Shown one piece after another: positions 38,330 through 51,100 of a DNA stretch of 64,000 bases (its first letter is position 1; each line of letters starts with the position of its first letter). Both the position numbers and the translations under genes were made by a program. This DNA comes from Mustelus asterias (Eukaryota). Below the pieces are notes generated by a model. That model was given only the letters and a program-made list of their open reading frames with translations. It made no database searches and was not told the DNA's origin. The stretch is taken from assembly GCF_964213995.1 (NCBI RefSeq), contig NC_135804.1, positions 67,890,001-67,954,000 of the forward strand, read 5' to 3'.

Positions 38330-40150
38330 GGCCCCTTACACTCAGAAAGGGGAGAATTTATAACGGAAACAAAGAAATGGCTGATGAACTACATTTCTCG
38401 TTTGTTTCTGTCTTCACAAAGGAATACATGAATAATGTACGAGATGTTCCGAGAGAAAAACGTTTTAGATAGGAGCTGAAGGAAATCAGTATGAATAGAA
38501 AAATAATTTTGGGGAAATTGACGGGATTAAACGTCGATACATCTTCAGTTCCTGATAAACGTCATCTCAGAGTAGTTCAGGAAGTGGTCCTGGAAATAAA
38601 GCATTCGCTGGTGGTTATTTCCCAAGATATTTTGAATTCTGGCCTAGATCGTACAAATTGGAGGGTAGCTAATGTAAGCCCACTATTCAAAAAGGGAGGT
38701 AGGCAGCAAACAGGGAACTAGAGACCAATTAACCTATTGTCAGTTCTGGGGAAGTTGATAGATTCAATTATGTAAGATTTCACAGCTCAGCATTTAAAAA
38801 GCAGGAGCATAATCAAACAAAGCAACACGGAATTATGAAGGGAACCATACTTAATGAAACTATTGGAATTCTTTGAGGATGTACCGAGTGGATTTGATGA
38901 TGGAGAAACGGTGCATCTGGATGTTGTCACGTTAAAACGGGTGGCATTGTGCTTGCGTCCTGAGGTGGATAGAAAGCTGGTTAGCAGGTGTGAAGAATGT
39001 ACTTGGCATAAATGTATCTTTTTCCGACTGACAGGAGTGACTATTAGGTATTGAAGATATATGTGCTGATCATGTTATATATTAATGATTTACAAGAGAA
39101 TACTAAATGTTTTATCTCCGCGTTATCCAATAATACAATGTTGGGTTGGAGGGTGAGCTGTGAGGAGGATGCAGAGATGCTTCTGCATGATTTGGAAAGG
39201 CTCAGTGAGTCGGCATATGCATGGCAGATGCAATATAATGTGAATGAAAGTGAGGTCATCCAGTTCAGCAGCGATAACAGGAAGACAAATTATAATTTGA
39301 ATGGGTGTAAATTGAGAGATGTGGATAATTATTGAGGCCTTGCTGTCCTTGTGCATCAGTCACTGAAAGTAAGCATACAGTTACATCCAGCTTGCAGTAA
39401 AGAAGGCAGATGTTGTGTAGACTTCCATAGCGAGAGGATTTAAATTTAGGAATAGAGATATATTCCTGCAATTTTACAGGGCTCTGGTAAGTTCCTTACC
39501 AGAGCCCTGTAAAATTGCAGGAATATATCTCTATTCCTAAATTTAAATCCTCTCGCTATGGAAGTCTACACAACATCTGCCTTCTTTACTGCAAGCTGGA
39601 TGTAACTGTATGCTTACTTTCATGTCTGGAATATCGTGTGCAGTTTTGGTGTTCTTATCTGAGGAAGAATGCCCTTGCTATGGGGAGTGCATCCAAGATT
39701 TATCAGGCTGATTCCTGGGATGGTTAAGATTATATTCATTGGAGTATAGAAGAATGAGAGCGAATCTCATAGAAACGTATCAAATTCTAATGGAATTTCT
39801 GAATGGTAGATTCAGAAAGAATGTTTTTGATAGGAAGGAGGTTCAGTACTAGGGGTGAGAGTTTTAAGTTAAGAGCTAAACCTTTTAGAATTGAGGACAT
39901 GAGACCGTTTGCCATACAACGAGTAGTGAATCTGTGGAATTCACTGCCAAAGGTAGTAGAGACCAACACATTGAGTGATTTCAAAAATAAATTAGAAATA
40001 GCTTTTGGGTTAAATGGATCAAGGGAATTTGGGGAAGTTGGGATCAGGATATTGAATTCGATGATGATCTATGATCAAAATAATTGGCAGGGCAGGTTGG
40101 AAAGGCCGACTGGCCCACTCTGCTTTCACATTTCTAAACTTCTAGGTTTT
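38330..40150 (+). mobile_element. Old CR1 ORF2 3' half
   Basis: NWRVANVSPLFKKG, LLEFFED, LYINDL and QRVVNLWNSLP in broken frames. Confidence 0.85.
39364..39622. repeat. Perfect inverted repeat, 128-bp arms, 3-nt spacer (TTC)
   Basis: 39364-39491 is the reverse complement of 39495-39622. ORFs 39265..39471(-) and 39515..39727(+) begin with the same 36 aa. Confidence 0.95.
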
Positions 40151-40189
40151 TATGTTAACATGGCAAGATGGCGCACGGCACTGGTCATG

Positions 40190-41100
40190 GTGTCGGTTTT
40201 CTACCGTCCAGACGCATATGGACCTTTGTTGCTGGGTTTGCCCCTTGCCCTCCCCCATCCAGAGCAAATAGATTTTTTTGCTTGGAGCCATTAGGCCTGC
40301 CATTCATTCTTGCAGTTGCTGCTGTGGAGGAGGAAGAGTAGTAGTGAATCGTCCACGCACTTCAAGGCACGCGGGGGTCAGAGGCTGCAGCAGGAGGCCA
40401 GGGTTCCGTCGGTCTGGGTCAGGAGGCGGCCACTCATCTGTCGATTCGGGCGCCAGAGGATGGAGAAGATGGAGACCCTGGCAATTCAGGACACATATGT
40501 CCTTCAACGAGCTGTTGGATGCCATGTGCAGGTTCCGGCTCGGCTCCGTGAGGAGATGGTACGGTCCTGTGTCACGTGCTCGCAGAATGGTCACCTTGAA
40601 GGATAGGGGGACACATGCTCCCAGTTGCGGCGGAGGTTGCGGTGTGCCTGAGGTGACAAAGGTCTTGTTCGTCTGGGCAGGCCCTTACACCTAATTCGAC
40701 GGAGCCAGGCCCAGCCAGAAGCCCGGGCCACAGGCTTTGCCGCTGTCGCCAGGATTCTGAATGTGCACCTGGTGTATTGATTGCACACACAGCAACCTGT
40801 GATTCCCCAAAACAACAGACACCGCAGTTCGTGCACAGCAAGGAGTTCCAGATGAAAATCATGCATGTGTGTGCACGCCACCCGGGTAGCGTACATGATT
40901 GCTACATCTTCATGCAATTCTTCTGGCGTTTTATCATAGAATCTCTAACTTGCGGAGCTCCATCAGCCCTGGCGAATTTGAGGAGCAGCCAAGGCTACCG
41001 GGATGGCTCGTGGGGGACAAGGTCTACCCGTTAATAACGTGACTGTGGCATGAGTGTGGAGGTCAGAGACCGATACAGAGACCCCTTTCATTGCACTGAG
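40190..41100 (+). mobile_element. Harbinger transposase pseudogene fragment
   Basis: IDCTH-like segment, IMHVCARHPGSVHDCYI and GWLVGDK.YP motifs. Confidence 0.75.
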
Positions 41101-41466
41101 TGTATACGATGCATTTTCAAACTCGCCCATAAAACAGATCTGAATCTATCCCGTTTCCTCAATGGTTCGGCACTTTATTTTCGCTAAGTCGTGTCCTTAA
41201 AATTGTTTCCATCAGATCGCCCCTTTAGGCTGAACGGCCTGTACCTGCCCCAATTACTTTGCTCATGACTTCAACAGTTTGTAACGAGGAGAAGTCCCAG
41301 TTGCAAGTTAATTGAACAAGAATAATAGCCAAGTAATCAACTAATAATTTATGCGGGAGCGTTGTTTGGAGATGGGGAAGGAGGGACGAACAAACGAGTT
41401 ATTATGAGGCTAAAATCACGAACGTTTTCATCTGTTGCTGAAGATTAAAACTTCGATTAAGATTAC

Positions 41467-41506
41467 CTGGAGAAATACTAAACAAGTAAAGAAGAAATCG
41501 AAACAT
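41467..41506 (-). other. Candidate orphan signal-peptide exon MFRFLLYLFSISP(G)
   Basis: ATG at 41506, hydrophobic core and phase-1 donor cag|GTAATC in non-repeat sequence. No downstream exon was found. Confidence 0.4.
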
Positions 41507-42879
41507 GGATGTTGCTGTGTAGTTGGTTGGTTATCAATTGATCTTGGTCGGGGACGCAAGGGTTACTCATGGTAGCGTGGGAACCAACTTTTATTGGTGA
41601 CTTCTACACTGGCTGTTAGTCGCAGTCACACACAACACAGACAGTAAATAAAAGGGCCATGAAGGAAGTTAGTGCAGTGCAATATTCCAAAAATCAATCA
41701 TGAAAAAGATGAAATTAAAGCAGGGTTGTGATGGCGCTGGCAACATGCATTTGACACATCCTCACGAACGCCTTAACTTTCATTTAGTTCAAAACTATTT
41801 CCAAGTTTTTCACGTGCCTTGTGGCACGTGATGTTGATAATAGATTATAATGCCAGAGATGATGTCTCTAACCATTGAGTTGGAAAATGTTATCTGACCT
41901 TCCTCATTCCGTATGCCATATATCTGTTCATAAAGCAAATAGTGGGCAGATTTATTTATAATGACTCTCAATTTGACCTCCACTTACGAATTTCCACCAA
42001 TACTATCACACGCAGGTTTCCTCACGACATCTACCTGTACGCACGCATCTGTCCTCCTGAAAGTGAAGGTTTTGCTCTCAGTTCTTTATATAAATCTAAG
42101 GAGAAGGTATCGCAAACTCGCTCTCAACGAAACGGTCCCACTTCTCAAATATGAGACTATGTAAGTTCCAGGTATAGCCCTACCAGCGCTACCTGCAGTT
42201 ATGGAGAATTTGCTGCTTAGCCAAATCTCTGGCTGGCATTCTCTGATCTCGTGTGTGGCTCGGAGTCTCCTTCTGCAAGTGAATGAAGGATTGGCTGAGC
42301 TCCATTCACAGCATCAGCACCTGAAAGTCCCAACCGCCGATGCCGTTGGGGACTCCCGGCCGAAGTGTCTGTTCTCTCTCCGTAACTTCTGCTGCACAAA
42401 TTGATCAGCGAGATCTTCTACTTATTAACGTATTCGAAACCACAATCCGCAGTGTGACCCTTGATATCATTGTACTCCAATTGGTGTTAATGAGGCGATG
42501 CTTATTCGTAATTGGCTGAGGGATTGTGTGATCGGTATGGGAGTCCAAACCGGTACGATCAATTTCTAATGGACTTCTCGAGTATGATGGTCATCCGCTG
42601 ATATTATTTCCAAATTTCCCCTGACGGAACCACTATGTTGTCAATTGCTTGCTGGATCATCCCTCTCAGTATTGAATGTCTTTGTTACTTCCATCATCTC
42701 TGTTAAGATGAAAGAAAGTTTCTTGGCAATTTCCTTGGCAGTTTGTTCAGGAGAGAACACATTGCTGGCCATGCCACCATGATAGATATGTTGAGCTGAT
42801 AGTTTCAAATCTCATTTGATCGGCATTGATTCAGGCGTTTGGCATTATCACTTTGAATCTTTTGAATCTCTTCAAAGTG

Positions 42880-43900
42880 TGCACGCCATCGGGAAAACAG
42901 GAATGTTTCCCGGAGGCAAATGCAGCGCTCGTCAGGCCCCATTCAGTCTATGCTAATGGTAGATAACTCCTCTCCTTCCCCGCGGGTACGTCTCTTATGT
43001 TCCGGTCCCAGCGGCGCCTAGTTCGCTGTTGTCGGGATTCAGCACTCAGACCAAATAAGAGGGAGCACCATTTTAAGCCCTCCCACCAGCACCCAACATA
43101 TTTTCAGTCAGCACCAGTTTTTTTTTTTCCGAAGAGTTGCCCCAAGTTTCTTGGACGATGTTCGAAACCGTGGAGGAGAAGAGGGCCATCCTCTTTCCAA
43201 ATGTCATGCCATGACCACTTCGTGTTCTAGCAGAAGCCTGTGATGACATGGCAGAGGAAGTAAGCTCTAACATCATTAACAGGCGGACCTTACAAATGAC
43301 GCAGGTTGATGAATGCCCTCCTCCGACTGTGGTTAGTACCCACCTGCCTGCTGCTGGCATCACTCCCGTCGGTATTCTTTGACATTTCACCTTATATCCC
43401 TAAAAACATCAAACGCACGAACTCCACTCCTCTCCCTCAGACTCCTGCCAAAAAATCAAAGGTTCGGCACAGTGCTCACACGTGTATGCCATCGCCTGTC
43501 TACCTTAGTATCCTCGTCATACCGCAATCTGATAATGCCGTTCGTGTGTCTCCATCAGCTAAGATATCCCGCAGCTGCAAGGAACACAGGAGGCGGGTGT
43601 TGGTATAGCTGTGCTTCGGGCCCTTACTCCCTTTGAGGAGAGGAGCCTGGAAATAGTGGGCCCCAAAGCGAGATGTGGTAAGATGTTAGTTCGAAATGCC
43701 CCGCGGAATTTGAGACTTCCATCCACCTTTATCCACTATCTCAAGTGAATCTATCATTTCCCACAAACCTGATATACGCCAACGGTAACACCATGTATTT
43801 ACTCTTCCAGGATCTCCATCAGTGACACAGAACCATCTGATGTATTTGTCCCGTTAAAGCCGTGCTCCGGCTATCTGGCGATCGAACTCTCGACTCCAGA
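42880..43900 (+). mobile_element. Decayed Harbinger Myb/SANT accessory ORF region
   Basis: APVFF ... VEEKRAILFP ... DMAEEVSS ... RRT fragments across frameshifts. Confidence 0.5.
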
Positions 43901-45032
43901 ATTTGAAGAATTTGAAGTTAATGGACATTTAAACCAGGCGTGACAATGGTCATGCTTAACAATATAAAGCTGTGATATCAGATTGTCATCCATTAAAATA
44001 GAGGCAGAATATCCGGGAGGGAGTTGGAGGTGAACGGTGGTAGTAGAAGGACAGTGTGAACAGTGGAGATATAAGATGCTGAGATAGGCAGATAAATGAT
44101 TCAGTCAGCCCAAAAAAATGAGATTTGGCATTTAGCTTGGCTGGGAGTCAATTTAAAAGCTTGATATTTCAATATGATTACTTATACGAGCATAAATCTG
44201 GAACAATATCTGGACGCAGGAAAGGCAAGAGGAAATAATGTTTTCTGACGAATTAGCAGACTGCTGACTCGCCATTTCGGAATATCCAGAATGAGTGAAC
44301 CGCTTTGGAGGAAATCAATGGGCTTTGGAGGAAATCAATGGGCTCAGTCGTGAAATGATGTGGCACCTGCCCCAGACGTGCTAAATCGTTTCGCAACGAT
44401 ATCACAAGCTGAGCACGAGAAGGATCAAGGATGGAAAACCAATTTTAAAAACCTGTGAGGTCAGAAGGCGACTATTTATTGAAAATGTTGCAATTTGAAA
44501 AATGAAAGATACATGGATATTTTCACGTCACACATCAAAGGAGGAGTTGGGAGAGGCGGGTGGTGGTGACAATGATAGCACACATAGAGATTTAAACGAT
44601 TCCTGGAATGATAATCAAATGAAATCCAAATTCATGTGAGAAAATAAGATGAACATTAGCAAATTAAGGAGCGAATCAAGCGTATCACGTCTGGATATTG
44701 GGTAGAGCAAAGATTAGCCAATCTATTAAAATTAAAAGTAAATTAGAGTAGAAAATGACGCAGTCTTTCTTTCATGTTATCCATATATGTGGAATGGCTA
44801 GAATTCGGAAATCCGACGACGGATGAGCATGGTCAACAACGATGGAGTGCCTTGCGTGGAGTGAGTTTCAAGGCAAACAGGAAATCCACAAGATATATTT
44901 GGAGAAAAAATCCACCTGCGATTTTCGAAAATGTCAAAGGCCTGATGTAAAGGCAGTTACCGAGGAAAAGATACACGAAGGTGAATACATCGATTATGCA
45001 GTCATCGCGCAACACTTCCTTGTTTGCTTAAT

Positions 45033-45161
45033 TTAGCTTTTCGTTTTCACGGCTGCGTATGTTAACCTTGTTTCTCCGAATGTCGTTTTTGACGATGACC
45101 TGGAACCTGCCAGATTCAGAGCAACGTAAGTCAATTTGCTCTCAGCGGTGCTCTGTCTGGT
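45033..45161 (-). CDS. Exon 7, terminal cytoplasmic exon with ITIMs LTYVAL and LTYAAV
   Basis: TRQSTAESKLTYVALNLAGSRSSSKTTFGETRLTYAAVKTKS*. Acceptor tttacAG, TAA at 45035-45033. Translated by hand. Confidence 0.87.
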   Translation of the reverse strand, partial: TRQSTAESKLTYVALNLAGSRSSSKTTFGETRLTYAAVKTKS

Positions 45162-48100
45162 CTGTAAATCAACGACAGGGAGTATTTTACTATTTATTAA
45201 CTTAAATGTATCGAAATTGCATCAAGTTGATTTTCAATACAATCTCAAAAGCAAATTATAGCAGACAAGATTAAAGTTTCCACGTGGGAATTGAGATTTA
45301 CCTCTGTATATACCGTGTGTTCTCTGTGTTGTTTCGGCATTTCGCCACGCTTGGAACCGGTCAGATAAAGAGCAGCGTACAGCAGTTTGCCTTCGGCTGA
45401 ATTTCGTTCCTTCTAGGAATTCAATGTTTAGTATTCAGTAAGTTTCATCTTTCGGACACAAAATCTTGCATACATACATACAAATTAGAAACCGAAGCAG
45501 GCCGCTCAACCTCTAAAACCATTTTGCTATTCCTTAAGACATGTTTGATCCCCGTGTGGCCTCAATTTCACTGTCCTTTCTGCGCCCTGAATCTCCAAGC
45601 CTTACAAACTGCCCTAATTCAGTAAGCTCCACAAATATCTACGAATTTCCGTATCGCTCTAACCTCCTAGAGTTCCTTGGCATTTCCCAGCCATTATTCA
45701 CAGTAGTTCTTTACTTTGTAAAAATAACAAATCAAATTAGTGTTTTTTCAGTTTTCTCTCCTGTCAATCAAAAAGTGATCGAAGTCAACCTTGAAGTAAT
45801 TGAATGAATTTGCCTTCACCGCTCTCTGATTAAATCAGTTCTACAGATGCGTGGCCCACTGAGAGGGAAATAAATCAAATCTCCTCATCCTTGTCTTAAA
45901 TGGTAAATCATGCTTTTTCAAACGGCATCACGTATTTTTACCCTTTGCTACAAAGTATCACATTTTTGCAACGTCCATTCTGTCAAGACGACTCAGCATT
46001 TTCTACTTTTCAAAAGATCACTTAGTCTTCTAAAGTGAGGAGGGTACAGGCCCAATCTGTTAAAAATGTCCTCATTAAATAACACGCTCATCCCAGCAAT
46101 CAATCTGGTGAAACTTCTCTTAATTATTTGAACTGAAGTTATTTTATTTCTTCATGAAGGACCAAAGCTGCGTACAATACGTTTGGGCGGGAATTTTACC
46201 GGCACGCCCACGCCGATTCCGGGGGCGGTCGCGACTCGGAGGACGGCTTCCTCCGAAGGCCTCGGGCGGGATAGTACAGACCTCGGGCGGAGGTGCCGGT
46301 CAGATTCTTCCTTCGGCACCAATTCTCAGCTGCAGCACTACACTTTATAATCCACTCCTCTTGCAATGAACGGTAACATTCCATTGGGCATCCCAGCTAC
46401 TTATGCGCCTTCTCAACCATATATTTCGGTTCATATTATTGTGTTCTGATTCATGTACCGGGACATCCGTATGTCTCTGTACATCAGAGTCTAAAATATC
46501 TTCGCATAAAAAAAATATGTGTTTTATTCTGACTGCTAAAATGGACAAATTCGCGATCTCTCACGTCATCTGTCATTTTTTGCACACTCTTTACCTATCC
46601 GTGACCCTCTGCAGACTCCATATTTCCCCCTTGCCACTTACTCACCCATCTACTTTCTTTCATCAACATCTTTAGCAGCCATGCGTATAGTGTTATCATC
46701 CAAGTCGTTGATATCAATTGTAAATAATTGAGGACCCAAGACTGATACACATGACACTACAATTGATACATATTTTTCCAACCAGATAAAAGGCCAAAAT
46801 GTGCCTACTCTATGTTTCCTGACAGCTAGATAGTCCTTGATAGATGCTATCACCTGTGTCATGTGATCTTGCTCTGTGTGGAACCTTTGATGTCGAACAT
46901 GATGGAATGTCTTTTCGAAATCCACAGGATCCACAGTAACTCCACAGGTTCGGTTTTATTCACTTTGCTTGTTACTTTCTCAAATAACTCATACATTATG
47001 TAATAATAATTTCCAGGTTACAACGCCATGTTTACTCTGCTAACCTCCATCAGATTTCCCAAGTGCCCTGTTACAACTCCTTTATTAATGGATTCCAGCA
47101 TTTTCCCAATGGCAGATGTTAAGCTAATTGCCCTGTAGTTTCTGGAATACTGTTTCCCTCCTTTCTTGAGCAAAGGAGCTACATTCGCTGTTTTATTCAA
47201 ATCTAATGTGTCGCTGCCAGAATCTAGGACATTTTGAAAATTTAAATCCAAGTCATCCAATATCTCAGCAGTTACTTATTGTAAGACCGTCGTAACAGTT
47301 GCATCATGCTTGGGAATTTTCAGATTTTTCGTTATATTATTTTTTCAGCAGCATCATCCTGCTGAAAGTAATCGTTTTATGCTCTTGCTTCCGTTTCGCA
47401 TCGCGATATCCAATTATTTCTGGTATATGCTTTGTATCCTCGACAGCGATATATGTTCCGTTGATTCTGCTTTCGCTTGATTGGCAATCCTAATTCGTCA
47501 GACTCGCTCTTTGGAGGAGCAGCACATTATAAGTAGTTGCTTTTACATCACCTGTGGAAACTCTTCCGATTTGTGCTGCATATTAATAGCTAACGATCGG
47601 TCCTGCTCTGATGTTTCACTTCATTTTTAGCCATTATTCGCTGTAATTTATGCAACTTGTTCGTCTAACCTGCCAGTAAACTTCAGGGAATTGATTTTGT
47701 TTATTTCAATTTGATCCTGTTGATAACTTCCTTAGTAAGCCGCGGATAATATGTCCGTCCCCTCGAGATGTTTTATTCTTTCTGACTCAAATGGCTGAGA
47801 ATTAGAAAACATCTCCTTAAGTTTCTGATAAAAGCACGACAGCTGTGGATGCTGGAATAACAACAGAAAATGCTTGAAAATCTTAGCAGGTTGACAGCAT
47901 CTGTAGAGAGAAAATAGAACGAAGTCCAGATCACCCTTCGTCAGAGCTTCGTCAGATCCCTTGTCAGCATTTTGCAATGACAAAGAATCGAGGATGGAAG
48001 TAGCAAAGATCAAAGACCATAACAGCACAGAAACAGGTCGTTTGGCCCTGCAAGCTGAAATGTCAGCTTGTGAAAGAGAAAGACGGGCTGCCTGAACAGT

Positions 48101-51100
48101 ATAAATAGATTTTTTTTCTGAATCGCCTGGTGGATACATTTTTTTATTCTTAAGCAAAGAATAACGGGTGATCTCATTTTAAACCGCGTAAGAAGGATAG
48201 GCAACAGTGTTGCTCTCTATTTTCGTTACCGATTCTACACTGAGATTAGAAATTTGAATTTTATTTGTAATATAAATGCCGTGGCACGTTTTCACCATGC
48301 TGCAGCTTGGTTTGCACAACAAGAAATGCAAATCTGCGAACCTTATTCTCACTATCTTTAGTAGCCGAAAAAGGTATGTCATTTTAGCTAATATAGATGG
48401 AAAGTTAAAACTGTATTGAACTATTCAAAAAGCTGGCAGAGTTTGCAAACGCTTCGACCATTTTTCTAATTTTACTTGTTTATACATAAAGTTGCGCTTT
48501 TCCAGAAAAGGGGAAAAGTCAAGTCCAAATCCCCACATGTTTAAAAGAGATTTATTTAATGTGATGTCATTCACCTGAACTTGAGAACACAAGTTCAGGA
48601 TTGAGAACAAAATGTGCTTACCTCATCTGTCCGCTGTGTAGTATTTATTGATTTTTTCTTTGCACCTGGTGAAATTCGAAAAGGATAACGTATAAATAGG
48701 GGGCATATTTGCATTTGACCCGATGTCAATTAAGTAAAATGCAATTCATGCCAGCAAGTTATAGTGATACGCTGATTTCGTAATATATCACAAAATGTTC
48801 AAACCAAACGAATTTGTTTCGCTATCGCTTCTGTATTAAAGCTACGCAGGCACCATTGCACTATTTAAGTTACATTTTTATGGTTAGATAATGCAGTTCG
48901 GAAAATGAAGCTGTGAGCATTATAATGTCAGATGCTCATGTAATACTTGAGTTGAAGCAACATGTAAGTGTGAAGGTATTTTTCCGTCAGCTAATTATGC
49001 GAATTATACCAAAAAGCAGCTTTGCTCCCGCTTATAGTTACTCGAATCGGATATTTTAAGATTTCGCCTACCAGTAAATTATTTCCTTCAGTGTGAAAAT
49101 TCTCATTCATACCTTTGCACTTTATGACTCCAATCACTAGCATTAGGGTCAAAAATAGAATTGCAAGTACACCACCGGACCATCCACCGACCATAAGAAC
49201 ATTGATTTTAGAGGGATTAGCTATCAAAATTAGAAAATGTCATGTCAACCATATGTACACAGCTATCAATATCAAATGCATAATTTTCAATTACGCTGTG
49301 AATCGAACATCATGATACAAAATATAAAACTTCAGTACATCATTTTCATTATCGATATTTATGCAGCTGTTTTACGAATCGTTCGAAAAAACGTGGTTGA
49401 AACATATAGATCATAGAATCCTTGAGTCGTAGAATACCTACAGGGCAGAAGGAGGCCATTCATCCCATCGAGCCTGCACCGACAAAATTCCCACGCAGGC
49501 TCTATCCCCGCAACTCCACGTATTTACGTTTCTAAGGCCCCTGACACCAAGGCACAATTTAGCATTGCCCACCTAACACACACATCTTTGGAGTCTGGGA
49601 GGGAACCGGAGCAGCCGAAGGAAACCCGCGCTTTCGCAGGCAGAATGTGCAAACTCCACACAGTCATCCGAAGGCCGAATTGAACACGGGTCCCTCGCAC
49701 TGTGAGGCAGCTTACCTCTGTGCAAGCCTGTTGGAGAAAGAGCAGCAATGTTGAAGAAGGTGCCCATTGAATGGGCACATTCCCATTCATGACTATACAG
49801 AATGCAATCGTTTTCAACTGATTGTGCCAATCAAAAAACAATTAAAATGTTGTTCCAAGTTTCATTGCACCACACGCAGAAAAGGTCCAAACAAATCGCT
49901 TGAGATCATCTTTCAAGGAAAGATGCATTACCGTGTATTTACTCATCTTCTCACAATTACCTGTGACCCTATTTTTAGTCGCATTACGAGTGAGTAACAA
50001 CTTTATAAATGAGGAATCAAGTTGGTTTAGTTCGTATCTGCAGCTATATGAAAAGATTCAATTGTTCGATTCCATAGCTCAGCGATCCATTATTTTTCAG
50101 TGCCTCGATTGAACATCGATGCTGCATCATTTTCTAAGTTGCAATTTTATGCGGTTAATCTGATTTATGGGAGCAATACTGAAGACTCAAACCCATTATT
50201 GGTTAGGTTGCATGATGCAGTCTACAACATATCCTATTTTAAAACCAAATGATTCGAAACCTTCGCCCAAAGAATACAATAAGTTTCATCAATATATGAG
50301 CATCAAGCTACTCCAGTAATCACTTCCTATGCACCATCGTTTTTCATGCATTTTTGTGAAGGGCGAAAGACTAAAAACTATCATATTTCATATAAGATTA
50401 CCTTCATCAAAAAACGTGTAGCTGGCATTTGCTGGCATTGAGCTTGAAACGTGATAAACTTGACAGATATAAACTGTGCCTTGTTCGATCGCCTGCTGTT
50501 TCAGGTTGCTGACAACTTCAAAAAGCCCCTCGGAATTTGCTTGTTGTTCATTTTGGAATCCGCTGAGAATTTGAGCACCGTTTTTATGCCAGGTGAGGTT
50601 AAATCCTTTCGGGTAAAAAGCTGCAGTTTTGCACTGGAGCCTAATAGTAGCAGATGAGATCTCTTCGGATGATATGGACATAATTTTCAGGGGAGCCGCT
50701 GGAGCTAAATTCAAGATAACAAGACAGATAAATTGAAAAAGTGAGCTTCTGCTCTAAAAAATTGTAATTTTATTAATTACGTACAGCTTGTTCTTGGCAA
50801 GCAAGTTTCTTTAATAATCAGTATTTTTATATTGCTGCGCGGTGTTTTTCATAGATTTTCTAGGTCCCTCCACCCGTACGCTATTAAAGGACTACCAGCA
50901 TGTTTAGCAAAATTGACTTGCATAATTTGTCCCTCTTTATTTAAACCTATGTGTTACAGTCGGTATACTGCATTTAAGGATTTAGCGATTGGGAGAAGGG
51001 GGAGGGCCGGGGGTAGAGGAAAGGTGATAGCGTAGCGATATTATCGCTTGGCAACTAATCCAGAAAATCAACTAATATTCCCGGAACTGGCAAGTGGTGG

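Noticed and set aside
41990-42790. Possible decayed L1 ORF1 on the minus strand
   Set aside because: Only faint motif resemblance; too degraded to call without a search.
47850-47960. Second Penelope-type fragment with CUGACGA on the minus strand
   Set aside because: The GAAA box is missing, so the ribozyme would be dead. Similar degenerate copies lie near 11620-11880.
48085-48310. Tyrosine motifs (VAYPSY, TRYSLL, SIYTV) in a minus-strand frame of intron 5
   Set aside because: There is an in-frame stop at 48179-48181 and no phase-0 acceptor in that frame. Exons 6-7 supply a much better tail.
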